DNA from: an archaeon
GTDB taxonomy: Archaea > Nanobdellota > Nanobdellia > Woesearchaeales > GW2011-AR9
Assembly (NCBI GenBank): GCA_030704845.1
Contig: JAUYKZ010000023.1
Span: forward strand, 14,262 to 78,261
Direction: 5' to 3'
Length of the DNA stretch: 64,000 nucleotides
A model generated the notes under the pieces. That model was given only the letters and a program-made list of their open reading frames with translations. It had not been told where the DNA came from and made no database searches. The position numbers and the translations under genes are program-made. Below are positions 1 to 9,388 of this stretch, piece after piece (the stretch's first letter is position 1; each line of letters starts with the position of its first letter).

Positions 1-13
1 AAGAATTTGGAAG

Positions 14-946
14 TCATATTAATCCGTTCTCGTTTAATTCTTCAAGTGCTCCAATCATTGCTAATGGAAACATCACGGTAACATCTCCGATAACTGTAGC
101 AACATCAGATTCATCTTTAACTTTACCCCATGATTTAGCCTCTTCCGTAGTTGCTCCAGACATACTTCCCGAAGTTTTATGAGCTGTAGTGATGTAAACT
201 GCATAATTTGCTCCGCCGTTAAGTAAAGTACAAAGGATGGCATGATGTTTACTGATAGATCCACCTAAGGCGATTACTCCTTTTTTCTCATCTTGAGATG
301 TGGTGAATAAGATGTTCCCAAAATCTTTGACTACATCAATAATAAAATCTGAATGGGTTTGCTGGAATAAGTAAAGGTGAAATCCGAATGCTCCATCGGT
401 GATAGCCGGACAAAAAATTGGAACATTATTTTTAGCTGCTTGATAAAGTATGGAATTTTCATCATCTAGCAATAATCCAATTTCTCTAAGAAGTTCTGAT
501 ACAGCCCATCTTTTCTGTTTTTGGTATAATTTATCTAAAACAGGTCTCACCCAATCCTCAAAATTCATATAACTCTCGTTTTTAATAAGAATATTTCCAA
601 CTCGGTTGATGCCTTTTTCATGTAATTCTACATCGTCTGCAGAAAATGTTCCGAGGGAGAATTTTTCTCCGGTAGATTTCATGATATCTTCTTCAATTCC
701 ACCAACAGTTGTCACGATAACATCGGCCATTTTTAATTTAATTAACTGAGCGAAAAATCCTCTTAATCCAGAAGTAACCATATTAGATGTAAAAGTAAGA
801 TAAATCTTGGCAGAATTCTTTTTCATTTTTACGATGACTTCAGAAGCTTTTTGTAATTCTACGCTTTGGTAGCCAATATTACCATATGATTTAACTAAAT
901 CTTTAACCGTAATTCCTTTTGTCCATTGAAAATCTGTAACATTCAT
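14..946 (-). CDS. dys: deoxyhypusine synthase
   Basis: Whole-length resemblance to DHS. It has the GGSISKHH motif and a C-terminal SWGKV lysine motif that lines up with the catalytic-lysine region of eukaryotic/archaeal DHS. The stop codon is TGA. Confidence 0.8.
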   Translation of the reverse strand: MNVTDFQWTKGITVKDLVKSYGNIGYQSVELQKASEVIVKMKKNSAKIYLTFTSNMVTSGLRGFFAQLIKLKMADVIVTTVGGIEEDIMKSTGEKFSLGTFSADDVELHEKGINRVGNILIKNESYMNFEDWVRPVLDKLYQKQKRWAVSELLREIGLLLDDENSILYQAAKNNVPIFCPAITDGAFGFHLYLFQQTHSDFIIDVVKDFGNILFTTSQDEKKGVIALGGSISKHHAILCTLLNGGANYAVYITTAHKTSGSMSGATTEEAKSWGKVKDESDVATVIGDVTVMFPLAMIGALEELNENGLI

Positions 947-1074
947 GATATTTACCTTTAATTATTTTTTAACACTTCAAAACAACCTACTAATAACTAT
1001 TAAGAAAAAGAATTTGTCCTAACTTCCAGATTTTCTAACTGAATCCATTTTATCTGTAAATATGCGTTTTATTA

Positions 1075-1791
1075 TTAAATGTATCGTCTGATTTTTATAA
1101 ATGCTTTTGCTTCAAGCTGTCTGATTCTTTCCCTACTCACGTTGTATTGATTTCCAAGTTCTTCTAAGGTAACTCCTTCTTCACCATCTAAACCAAGGCG
1201 CCTTATAACGATATCTCTGCTACGTTCATTTAAATCAATTTCTGCCATAACCCTAATCAAGCGAATCTTATACCGCTCAGAATCATCCACGCCTTCTGTG
1301 AGAAGTGTGTAAGGGTCAGTATTATTGGATGATATTTTTTCATATCTTTCTGTTCTTCCACTCTCGCCAACTAGTTGATCTAAAGATAACTGAATTTGTT
1401 CAGCTAGGATTATTTCCAATACTTCATCTAAGGGAATATCTAATCTTTCAGATATTTCATTAGGTGTTGCGTCGGTTCCAACTCTTGAACGTCGACTATG
1501 AAATTTTCTTCTAGATCTTGTATCTCCGGAAAGCCCACCTATCTTTCTTAATCCATTATAAATTCCTTTTAAGATATATGGTTTTGCATAAGTGACAAAT
1601 TTTGCAATTGTAGGATCATATTTTTTTGCAGCTTCAACTAATTCAAGAATAGCTTCAGCTTTAACATCTTCGAATGCAGAATGATCTGGTAGAATAAATT
1701 TTTTGACGTACGATGTAGCAAAACCTAGGTGATCTGCAGGATTAGATGAGTAGTCTCTGTCTTCAGTAGATTTTTTAACACTTTTAGTCAT
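1075..1791 (-). CDS. sigma-70 family RNA polymerase sigma factor (bacterial type)
   Basis: Region 2 is present (EAILELVEAAKKYDPTIAKFVTYAKPYILKGIYNGL, which matches the EGNxGLMKAVEKFDPxxGxKFSTYATWWIRQ pattern). Region 4 HTH is present (VTLEELGNQYNVSRERIRQLEAKAFIKIRRY). At 238 aa it is the size of a group 3 or FliA-like sigma. Confidence 0.7.
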   Translation of the reverse strand: MTKSVKKSTEDRDYSSNPADHLGFATSYVKKFILPDHSAFEDVKAEAILELVEAAKKYDPTIAKFVTYAKPYILKGIYNGLRKIGGLSGDTRSRRKFHSRRSRVGTDATPNEISERLDIPLDEVLEIILAEQIQLSLDQLVGESGRTERYEKISSNNTDPYTLLTEGVDDSERYKIRLIRVMAEIDLNERSRDIVIRRLGLDGEEGVTLEELGNQYNVSRERIRQLEAKAFIKIRRYI

Positions 1792-1850
1792 TTTAACCGC
1801 AGGGCGGTGCCTACTTTTAAATGTTTTCTCTGTTTTTAGAAATATTCATT

Positions 1851-2228
1851 TTAATACTTACAACCGGAAAACTGGGATAGTTCTTCTATAGTTTGATATC
1901 CTTCATAAAAAGTTTCATCAATTTCCCAGGTAGGGAAATATTTTATATCTTTATCATCGCAAAGTTGTTCTTCTACTTCGGTTCCGTCGCAATCAACATA
2001 TTTATGTTTAAGATAATTCCAACCTTCTCCAAGAGTTTTTTTCTGTTCTTTACAAGGCATGCACCAACTCGCCCCATACATTACCGCTTTTTCAGCTAGA
2101 CATTGACCGAATTGAATTTCTCTTTCTGATTTTGAGAGTGGTTTTTCTTGAGTTGCCCCACATCCTAAGGTTAGAAGAAATGCTAAACCAACTCTTTTTA
2201 TTGTATCCATCAAATTATATATACTCAA
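1851..2228 (-). CDS. secreted thioredoxin-fold protein (CxxC, lipoprotein-like signal)
   Basis: N-terminal hydrophobic signal ending in LGCG. It has a WCMPC redox motif. The true start is possibly the internal Met at MDTIKR. Confidence 0.5.
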   Translation of the reverse strand: MSIYNLMDTIKRVGLAFLLTLGCGATQEKPLSKSEREIQFGQCLAEKAVMYGASWCMPCKEQKKTLGEGWNYLKHKYVDCDGTEVEEQLCDDKDIKYFPTWEIDETFYEGYQTIEELSQFSGCKY

Positions 2229-2316
2229 CGCTAAATGAAATTTGGAACTTAATTCATTTAGCGTTTGTATATACCAACGAAAAGTTCACAAAAATACTTT
2301 TCGTTCAGTATATATT
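2217..2316. repeat. Copy A of a perfect ~97-bp inverted repeat; partner at 28751-28847
   Basis: Read directly: atatactcaacgctaaatgaaatttggaacttaattcatttagcgtttgtatataccaacgaaaagttcacaaaaatacttttcgttcagtatatat. Its reverse complement appears at 28751-28847. Each copy contains two internal hairpins flanked by TATATA. Confidence 0.8.
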
Positions 2317-2422
2317 AAAGACTGCATTTAAGAGTTTTGTTAATAGGGTATATTCTAAAAGACCATTAGATGTTTCAGATGTTTCCAAAATCTTTATATC
2401 TATGCCATTTATTCTTTAAGAA

Positions 2423-3223
2423 ATGAATCTTGTCGATATACATTGCCACTTGAATCATGCAGCTTACAAAGATGATTTAGATGAAGTTCTTGAAAGAGCA
2501 AAAAAAGCAGGCATGAAAGCATTAGTTGTATCTGGAGTTAATCCAGTTTCTAACAAGGAAGTTTTGGCTTTGGCAAAAAAATATCCAATTATTAAAGCGT
2601 CTTTAGGAGTTTATCCTATTGACGCATTAGGTTTAGCTGAGGAAGAAATTGGTTTACCTCGCCAGACAGTTCCAATAAATTTAGATGAAGAATTTACATT
2701 CATTGAAGAAAATATTGATCAGGTTATTTCTATTGGTGAAATTGGGATGGATTTTCATTGGGCTACTAAGGAAGATACTTACGAAAAACAAGCAGAAAAT
2801 TTTAGGAAAATTATTCAATTTGCAATTAAAATTAAGAAACCAATCGTAATTCATTCGAGAAAAGCTGAAAGAGAATGTTTAGAAATTCTTGAACAAGAAG
2901 TTCACGGAGAAATTCCAATCGTGAATCATTGTTTTTCTGGAAAGAAAAATTTGATTAAAAGATCAGCTGAACTTGGTCATTATTTTTCAATTCCACCGAA
3001 TGTTCTTCGTTCGCAGAGTTTCCAGACGTTAGTTAAGATGGTTGATCTTAAACAACTTCTTACAGAAACGGATTCACCATATTTAAGTCCTTTCCCAGAT
3101 CAAAGAAATGAGCCAGTAAATGTAATTGAATCGATTAAAAAAATAGCAGAGATTAAAGAGATTTCTGTCGAAGAAGCTGCAGAAGCTGTCTGGGAAAATT
3201 ATGTAAAGGTTTTTGGCGAATAA
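2423..3223 (+). CDS. tatD: TatD family hydrolase/deoxyribonuclease
   Basis: MNLVDIHCHLNH start and metal-binding His/Asp pattern typical of TatD (ETDSPYL near the C-terminus). TAA stop. Confidence 0.8.
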   Translation: MNLVDIHCHLNHAAYKDDLDEVLERAKKAGMKALVVSGVNPVSNKEVLALAKKYPIIKASLGVYPIDALGLAEEEIGLPRQTVPINLDEEFTFIEENIDQVISIGEIGMDFHWATKEDTYEKQAENFRKIIQFAIKIKKPIVIHSRKAERECLEILEQEVHGEIPIVNHCFSGKKNLIKRSAELGHYFSIPPNVLRSQSFQTLVKMVDLKQLLTETDSPYLSPFPDQRNEPVNVIESIKKIAEIKEISVEEAAEAVWENYVKVFGE

Positions 3224-3257
3224 AATGTTTGATAATTAATTATAATTAATTTTAATT

Positions 3258-4526
3258 CTACCTGGGCAATCTTCCATTTTCAGTTAAATCATTCACTAGA
3301 AATCTTCCAATGACATAATCCGGAACATATAATAAATGGGCAATAACTTCTTTGAGCCCATAAGAATCTTTATAATTTACGATGGCTTGAATTTGTTCAT
3401 CATTGAACGAAAAATCAGCGAAAAATCTTTTTGCATATTCATATTCTTCTTTTTTTCTCTTTTCAAAATCATGCCACTTATGATGAAGACGTAAATTATA
3501 TTTTCTGACGATTCCGTCAAAAATATTCATCAGATGTTTCTCTTTAGGATTTCTATTAGTTACTTGCCAAACAGCTTCTTTTTCCATTGCATATTTCTTA
3601 AATGCTAATTGAATCATGGTTTTTGTATCTTCAATACCTTTAGATAAACATCGATCAGAAATAATCAAATGAGCCTCATAAGTTGCTTTAGCACATCTCT
3701 TAAACAGCAATTCGGTCGGATTTAATGATCGTGAATGAACCATGTGTTTCCCATATTTATGTAGAATATATTGTTTGGTATTATTAAGAATGAATAGACT
3801 TTTGAAACAAGAATAAATTCTTTTTTCATTGTCGTGTTTTTCTAAAGTTAAAATATTATGCATTCTATCAGCCAATTTTACTCTAATAGCTATCTCTTTG
3901 ATATCATCATCTGTAGACCTAAATATTTGACCAATGGAGCGGAGATAAAAATCTCTTTTATGTCTAGTCAGAAGTTTTGTTACAGAGATAATTATTTTAA
4001 CAGCTTCTTTAAGATTTGTTTCATTTCGGACAAAATCAAACAATTCTTCTTCTAACTCTTCAAATAACTCTTCTTCGTATCTATCTAAATTTTTAATTTT
4101 ATTTATTTTCTTACCTTTTTTATACAAATCAACTTTTTCTTCTACTAAATCATGGATTATGCCGATACATAAAGTAATTTCATCAGTTATCCCGGCTTGT
4201 TTTAAAGCAAGAACTGTATTTATTGGGTGAAGAAAAGAAGGTTCACCATTTTTACGTAACGGAAGTTGGGCGTATGTTTCTCTGGTTATTTGGTAAAGGT
4301 ATGAAAAAAGGGGAAAGAAAGGAGATTTTTTTTGAATTAGTTCTTCCGGCAGAAGAATTTTAGGATTAGCTTTCCATAGCTTTAAGTGATGATACTCTTT
4401 ATATTCAGCTGATAGTTTACGTGCAAAAGCCATTCTTTGCCTTGGATTAATCGAATGATTTAAAAGTTTCGCCAGATTTTTCTCAAAATGCGTTTTAAGG
4501 CAAAAAAGAAGTATGGGGAATATCAA
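3258..4526 (-). CDS. HD-domain protein resembling the SpoT/Mesh1 (p)ppGpp hydrolase domain, with insertion and C-terminal extension
   Basis: Contains LHPINTVLAL...IGIIHDLVEE and RVKLADRMHNILTL. This matches the RelA/SpoT HD hydrolase signature (HP...HD...KLADRLHNMRT). Confidence 0.55.
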   Translation of the reverse strand: MIFPILLFCLKTHFEKNLAKLLNHSINPRQRMAFARKLSAEYKEYHHLKLWKANPKILLPEELIQKKSPFFPLFSYLYQITRETYAQLPLRKNGEPSFLHPINTVLALKQAGITDEITLCIGIIHDLVEEKVDLYKKGKKINKIKNLDRYEEELFEELEEELFDFVRNETNLKEAVKIIISVTKLLTRHKRDFYLRSIGQIFRSTDDDIKEIAIRVKLADRMHNILTLEKHDNEKRIYSCFKSLFILNNTKQYILHKYGKHMVHSRSLNPTELLFKRCAKATYEAHLIISDRCLSKGIEDTKTMIQLAFKKYAMEKEAVWQVTNRNPKEKHLMNIFDGIVRKYNLRLHHKWHDFEKRKKEEYEYAKRFFADFSFNDEQIQAIVNYKDSYGLKEVIAHLLYVPDYVIGRFLVNDLTENGRLPR

Positions 4527-4868
4527 ACTAGAAGATGCCCATTTTGTGAACGTTTAGCGACCCATGAAAACTCTCAGGGGGTAGGTGTATGTCACCAACA
4601 TTCTGAACAAAAACTGGATGAAATTAAATGTACTTGTGGCAGTTGGTTGGAGACTAAATCCGGTAAATTTGGGCCTTATTTTAATTGTCTTCGTTGTGGG
4701 AATATTTCTTACCAGAAAGGAATGGAGATGAAATCTATAACTATGAAAGATGTTCCAAAGAAGGTTGTTATTGAAGTGAAGAAGCCTTCCTTAACTACAA
4801 GAACATTTACAACTAAATCAGAACCAAAGGAAATCACGATAAGTACTAATGACGTGGAATACTTTTGA
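4488..4868 (+). CDS. zinc-ribbon protein (C4, topoisomerase-type zinc finger-like)
   Basis: CPFCE...CHQH and CTCGS...CLRCG cysteine pairs. Confidence 0.35.
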   Translation: MRFKAKKKYGEYQTRRCPFCERLATHENSQGVGVCHQHSEQKLDEIKCTCGSWLETKSGKFGPYFNCLRCGNISYQKGMEMKSITMKDVPKKVVIEVKKPSLTTRTFTTKSEPKEITISTNDVEYF

Positions 4869-5012
4869 GTGTTTAAAGATTCATCAATACCCCATTACCA
4901 CAACATTTATATCTTTCTTCAATAAGTGATTATCATTATACTAAAAAATTTCGATAGGAATTTTTAAGGCGTACAATACCCCGACCATTTAGGTCGAAAT
5001 TTTTGGTATCAC

Positions 5013-5089
5013 AAAAATCTGCTGTAAGGGAAAGTGTTTGTTCATATTCCATCCTTTAGGGTGGAGTAGAACACTTTCAGCAGATTTTT
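5013..5089. repeat. long imperfect intergenic palindrome (nested stems; inner arms GAAAGTGTT / AACACTTTC)
   Basis: aaaaatctgctg...cagcagattttt outer arms with nested gaaagtgtt...aacactttc. Lies between the zinc-ribbon and NYN genes. Confidence 0.5.
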
Positions 5090-5112
5090 TATGATTCAAA
5101 GAGGTAATTATT

Positions 5113-5634
5113 ATGACTACATTAGTAAATCAATCAGTTGCAATTCTTTGTGATGGAAACAATATCGAAAGAAGTATCCATGAACAAGCCGGAAATAATC
5201 GAACCATGATTAATTTTGACAAACTTATCCCCCGCTTATTGAATAACCGCGGTTTAAATCGGCTAATTTATTTCAGGGAAGGATTACAAATCTCTGAAAA
5301 ATTAGCTGGAAGGTTATACGACAAATATTACGGTTCAGTTTTGCCATGTCATAAATCTGCAGACATTCCATTAACAATTAAAGCAACTCAATTATCATCA
5401 AAAGTTGATACGATTATTATTCTATCTGGAGATTCAGATTACGTTGAACTCGTTCGCCATTTAAGGGGTGAAGGTGTTCGGGTAGAAATTGCTGCAGTCG
5501 AAAAGACAACGGCTAAAATTCTTATCGACGAAGCAGATCATTTTCATCCAATTACTCGGGAAGATTGGTTTGTTTATGCACCTACCCGAAAATCGTTGTC
5601 GGATAAATCACCTACAAAACCTGATCGGAAATAG
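5113..5634 (+). CDS. NYN/LabA-like nuclease domain protein
   Basis: VAILCDGNNI ... ILSGDSDYVELVRHL pattern of NYN (LabA) domains. TAG stop. Confidence 0.55.
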   Translation: MTTLVNQSVAILCDGNNIERSIHEQAGNNRTMINFDKLIPRLLNNRGLNRLIYFREGLQISEKLAGRLYDKYYGSVLPCHKSADIPLTIKATQLSSKVDTIIILSGDSDYVELVRHLRGEGVRVEIAAVEKTTAKILIDEADHFHPITREDWFVYAPTRKSLSDKSPTKPDRK

Positions 5635-5675
5635 TTATTGATCCTTTGATCATTCGATGGTAATATAATTTAGAA

Positions 5676-6440
5676 TCATGAAGATGGTAACATAATCTCT
5701 TCTTCATCTTCCCATTTTTCTACATATTCTTCTTCAAATTGTTCGTGATTAAAATAATGTAAGAATTGCCACCAACGTTGGTGGAATTGAGTTTTATTAA
5801 ACCTCTCGCTGGTTTTTAGTCTATTGATTAGTTCCTTCGCTTTTTTATGTGGGTCTTTACTGTAATTCACAAATCTAAATGTTCTTTCAGCAAGAGAAAT
5901 CGCCATTACTTCTTGCATGGTTGAATCATAATCCATTATATTTTTATCTTCATGAACATATGGGAAGGTAATGTAATGTAATGCATGTCCAGTTTCATGT
6001 ATTACAACTCGATATAATTCTCTCCAAGGAGATTTGTCATTTATTTTAATGTATGACCCATTACCATATTCATGTTTACCAACTATAGTTAATCCTAATT
6101 TGGTATTAATATCTTTACTCTTTTCATCAAATAATTTACCATCTTGAAAATTGATGTTTTTTAGAGATTCTTCAATTGTTCTTTCTACTAATGTCTTATC
6201 TTTATGAACATATTCTTCAAAAAATGGCCTATACAGTTTACTCAGAAAAGATATAGTTGGTTCAATGGCAAGACAAATTTTATCTGATGGTCCAACATCA
6301 TATCTTGGTATATAAACTAAACCATGTCTTGTCTTGGGATCTCTATGAAGACTAAGGATAAGATCGGTAACTTCTGCATATTCTTCGGAATTTGGATCTT
6401 TTTCAAAACGAGAATATGTTACTTTTCCTACTTCTTCCAT
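5676..6440 (-). CDS. putative zinc metallopeptidase (HExxH)
   Basis: VVIHETGHALHY motif. No other family assignment is possible by eye. Confidence 0.4.
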   Translation of the reverse strand: MEEVGKVTYSRFEKDPNSEEYAEVTDLILSLHRDPKTRHGLVYIPRYDVGPSDKICLAIEPTISFLSKLYRPFFEEYVHKDKTLVERTIEESLKNINFQDGKLFDEKSKDINTKLGLTIVGKHEYGNGSYIKINDKSPWRELYRVVIHETGHALHYITFPYVHEDKNIMDYDSTMQEVMAISLAERTFRFVNYSKDPHKKAKELINRLKTSERFNKTQFHQRWWQFLHYFNHEQFEEEYVEKWEDEEEIMLPSS

Positions 6441-6505
6441 ATCTATGGGGTATAGTCGCTTCTTTTATATAGGTAGGGTATTAAAGGTATATTCATGGTA
6501 TATTC

Positions 6506-7018
6506 ATGGAAATATTAGAAGAAATGCTTAGAACTTTTCTTATAGGAAAAGGTGATTTAGCAGGATATTTGCCATTATCTTATATTGAAGAAGAAAACAA
6601 TTCACTGTTTAGAGAATTGGAAGAAAATCCGGGATTTAATAATTGGGCTTTGGAAGAAGTTAAAGCAGTATACAATTTAATAATTCCTTTTGTTAAAAAA
6701 GAAGAAGAAGTGTTTATAAAAATTCATTCTCTTGCTATGAAATCTGGAATTGAAATAGCTTTGACTGATGAAGCATACTGCGCTGCTGTACGTGAAACAT
6801 TTCTAACAAGAGAAGAATTCGTTAATCATAGAATTGGCATGCTTGATTTATCAAATAATCTTATAACTGAACTTTATGAGGCATGTAGAAATGCTGGTCC
6901 TTTCGGTGATGTTTTAGCGGAGATTTATCATTCAATTATTGAACAAAGCCCCGGTGTTAATATTGATGAACATCTTCCTAAAATAGACAGTATTGCAGAC
7001 AGAATCTATGGTAAGTAG
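6506..7018 (+). CDS. hypothetical protein
   Basis: Long ORF with coding-like composition. No recognisable motif. Confidence 0.3.
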   Translation: MEILEEMLRTFLIGKGDLAGYLPLSYIEEENNSLFRELEENPGFNNWALEEVKAVYNLIIPFVKKEEEVFIKIHSLAMKSGIEIALTDEAYCAAVRETFLTREEFVNHRIGMLDLSNNLITELYEACRNAGPFGDVLAEIYHSIIEQSPGVNIDEHLPKIDSIADRIYGK

Positions 7019-7089
7019 AATTAATAATTGTTCTGAGTAACTAGGTGTAACTAATCTTTATATAATCTGTTTTATATTTTAGATTTAAC

Positions 7090-8091
7090 ATGGTTAAAGC
7101 AGGAATTATCGGGAGAGGTTTAATCGGTTCTGAGTTATATAAACGATTGATTAAAAAAAAATGGGATGTTGTTGGGGTTGCTAACAGAAGTGGTTTTTCC
7201 AAGAATTCATCCGCAACTGGAGCTGTAATTCCTATAGCCGTAAGATATGATACCCCCTCCGAGGTAATGGATGCTTTCTTTAAAGAAGATGTTGATGTAA
7301 TGTTTTTAGCTATTCCAACTCTTGACGATGGCCAAATTGCACAGGAATACATTAAAGATAGTATCTCTGCGGGTATTCCGATTGTAACTTGTGAAAAGGG
7401 AGCATTGGGAAATTATTTTAATGAAGTGTTTAATCCAGAAATGCTAGGATATAGTGCTGCTGTCGGTGGTGGAACCAGACTTCTTAGATATGCCAGAACA
7501 CAATGTGGCGGGCAGGTTGAGGAGATCCATGCCGTTGTTAACGGAACATTAAATTATATTTTTGAAGGTCTAAGTAATGGTCGAAGTTTGGGGGAAGTTG
7601 TTGACGAGACAATCGGGTTAGGTTATGCTGAACCGGGTACAGAAAACCCGTTAGATGTATTAAATAAAGAAGCGGTTGGAGATGTACCGATGAAGGCGGC
7701 TATCTTGTACAATGTTTGTGGATTAACTGAAAATAAAATTAGGGCTAAAGACGTCGAAAGAAAAGAGTTATCTGATAAAGATTTATCTAGTTTAGTAAGG
7801 GAAGCAAAAAAACGTAGATATATAGTTTCTTTTACAAGAGATGGCCGAGTGGAGGATGTAATTGGTGGATTTAAATGTCAAATTGGTGAATGGAGAATAT
7901 CTGCCGGATTTAAAAATATAGACGAGAATCCTTTATATCATTCTTTAATGCCGGAAGGTGTTAACAATGCTTTGTTAATTTCTGAGGGTAGATATGGAAA
8001 AGATGGACATTACAAAGTTTCTGGTCCTGGAGCAGGAGCAGCTCCAACGGCATCAGCGATGATTAAAGATGCAGTTGATTTGTTGAAGTAG
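7090..8091 (+). CDS. homoserine dehydrogenase family protein
   Basis: N-terminal Rossmann GIIGRGLIGS. It has the VVNGTLNYIF and GLGYAEPGTENPLDV segments characteristic of homoserine dehydrogenase. Confidence 0.6.
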   Translation: MVKAGIIGRGLIGSELYKRLIKKKWDVVGVANRSGFSKNSSATGAVIPIAVRYDTPSEVMDAFFKEDVDVMFLAIPTLDDGQIAQEYIKDSISAGIPIVTCEKGALGNYFNEVFNPEMLGYSAAVGGGTRLLRYARTQCGGQVEEIHAVVNGTLNYIFEGLSNGRSLGEVVDETIGLGYAEPGTENPLDVLNKEAVGDVPMKAAILYNVCGLTENKIRAKDVERKELSDKDLSSLVREAKKRRYIVSFTRDGRVEDVIGGFKCQIGEWRISAGFKNIDENPLYHSLMPEGVNNALLISEGRYGKDGHYKVSGPGAGAAPTASAMIKDAVDLLK

Positions 8092-8095
8092 AATC

Positions 8096-8233
8096 TGCTC
8101 TTTCCACTGGTGTGTTCACCAGTGGTTTATATCAAGTTGAACATTGGTAGGAAAGAGCATGGTCACAAATTCGACCAGAGCGAAGCGAACATGCCACCGG
8201 TCTATTGACCGGTGGTGGTCGAATTTGTTTGAC
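8096..8233. repeat. two adjacent intergenic stem-loops (tgctctttcc...ggaaagagca with inner ccactggtg/caccagtgg; gtcacaaattcgacc...ggtcgaatttgtttgac with inner ccaccggtc/accggtgg)
   Basis: Read directly. Sits between the homoserine dehydrogenase and IMPase genes. The spurious minus-strand ORF 8116-8319 overlaps it. Confidence 0.5.
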
Positions 8234-8294
8234 AATTTTTTTGAACTGATTTTATTCAGAAAACCTTTTATACTCACTTCCTTCCAGAATTTAA

Positions 8295-9083
8295 ATGGTT
8301 GAAAGATTAGATGTGGCAAGAAACGCAGCTATTCTTGCGGGAGAATTAATTCTGAAGAGATATTCTGAGAATGATTTCACAGTTAAACTTAAATCTGGAA
8401 AAGAAGATTTTGTTACGGAAGTTGATTTTCTTTCAGAAAAAATGATTATTGAAGAAATTAAACGTTATTTTCCTGACGATGGAATCATTGCAGAAGAAAG
8501 TGCAAAATGCGAAATTTTGGATAAAGAGTTCGTTTGGTTGATTGATCCATTAGATGGTACTCGTGGTTTTATTCGAGGTAATGGTCATTTTGCGATACAT
8601 ATCGGACTTCTTCATAAAAATAAACCAATTATGGGGGTAGTTTATGCACTAATAAGTAAAAAGTTATATTATGCAGAAAAAGGTAAGGGAGCATTTTGTA
8701 ACGATGAATCAATTTTAGTTTCACAACATAGAGGAGATAAACTACGTTTAGTTTCTAGTGGCAGAATTGTTAAAAATAAAAAATTACAAGATATCTATAA
8801 TAAAATTCCTCATTCTGCAATTATTTTTCAGGGGGGTTCCGGATTAAAAATATGTGGTATTGCTGAAGGAAAATATGACGTAGTTATTACTGAAGCTAAT
8901 AGTTATAATGAATGGGATTTATGTGCCCCTTCAATAATCTTGGAAGAAGCTGGCGGAATCATGACCACGTTAGATGGAAAACAGATAAAATATAATCGTG
9001 GGTCGATGGATTATAATCAAATGATTATCATTTCTAACGGGGAAGTACATCAAGAAATTTTACGATTGTTAAGGGAATCTTAA
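8295..9083 (+). CDS. inositol monophosphatase family protein (IMPase/FBPase/CysQ-like)
   Basis: WLIDPLDGTRGFIRG metal-binding motif and a C-terminal WDxxA-like segment. Confidence 0.7.
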   Translation: MVERLDVARNAAILAGELILKRYSENDFTVKLKSGKEDFVTEVDFLSEKMIIEEIKRYFPDDGIIAEESAKCEILDKEFVWLIDPLDGTRGFIRGNGHFAIHIGLLHKNKPIMGVVYALISKKLYYAEKGKGAFCNDESILVSQHRGDKLRLVSSGRIVKNKKLQDIYNKIPHSAIIFQGGSGLKICGIAEGKYDVVITEANSYNEWDLCAPSIILEEAGGIMTTLDGKQIKYNRGSMDYNQMIIISNGEVHQEILRLLRES

Positions 9084-9122
9084 CCAAACCTTTTTAAAGA
9101 GAACGTCTTCTTAAGATGTCAT

Positions 9123-9200
9123 AGCGGGGTGGGGCAGTAAGGAGTGCCCGCCGGGCTCATAACCCGGAGGTCGGAGGTTCAAATCCTTCCCCCGCTACCA
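9123..9200 (+). tRNA. initiator tRNA-Met (CAU), archaeal type, CCA encoded
   Basis: agcggggtggggcagtaaggagtgcccgccgggctcataacccggaggtcggaggttcaaatccttcccccgctacca. A1:U72 pair, three G:C pairs closing the anticodon stem, anticodon CAT, T-loop ttcaaat. A possible TATA-like ttttaaag lies about 28 nt upstream. Confidence 0.8.
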
Positions 9201-9388
9201 TTTTCTAACTGTTTGGACAACTACCACAACGGGAACCACCTTGCCATCTTCCGCAACAGGATATTTTTCTTTTAGGTCTAGAATATGTGTTATTTGAAGA
9301 ATAATGGGTGGAGGGGGTACTATTCCCAGCGTAGTATGATGCCATAGAAGATTCATAAATCATAATTAAGTAGATGAAGGATTACTAT

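Noticed and set aside
2132-2419. ORF of 95 aa on the plus strand
   Set aside because: It lies entirely over the 97-bp repeat copy A and AT-rich promoter-like sequence. It has low-complexity translation and no motif.
8116-8319. Minus-strand 67-aa ORF between the homoserine dehydrogenase and IMPase genes
   Set aside because: It is encoded by the two stem-loops themselves. The palindromic sequence gives a chance ORF.
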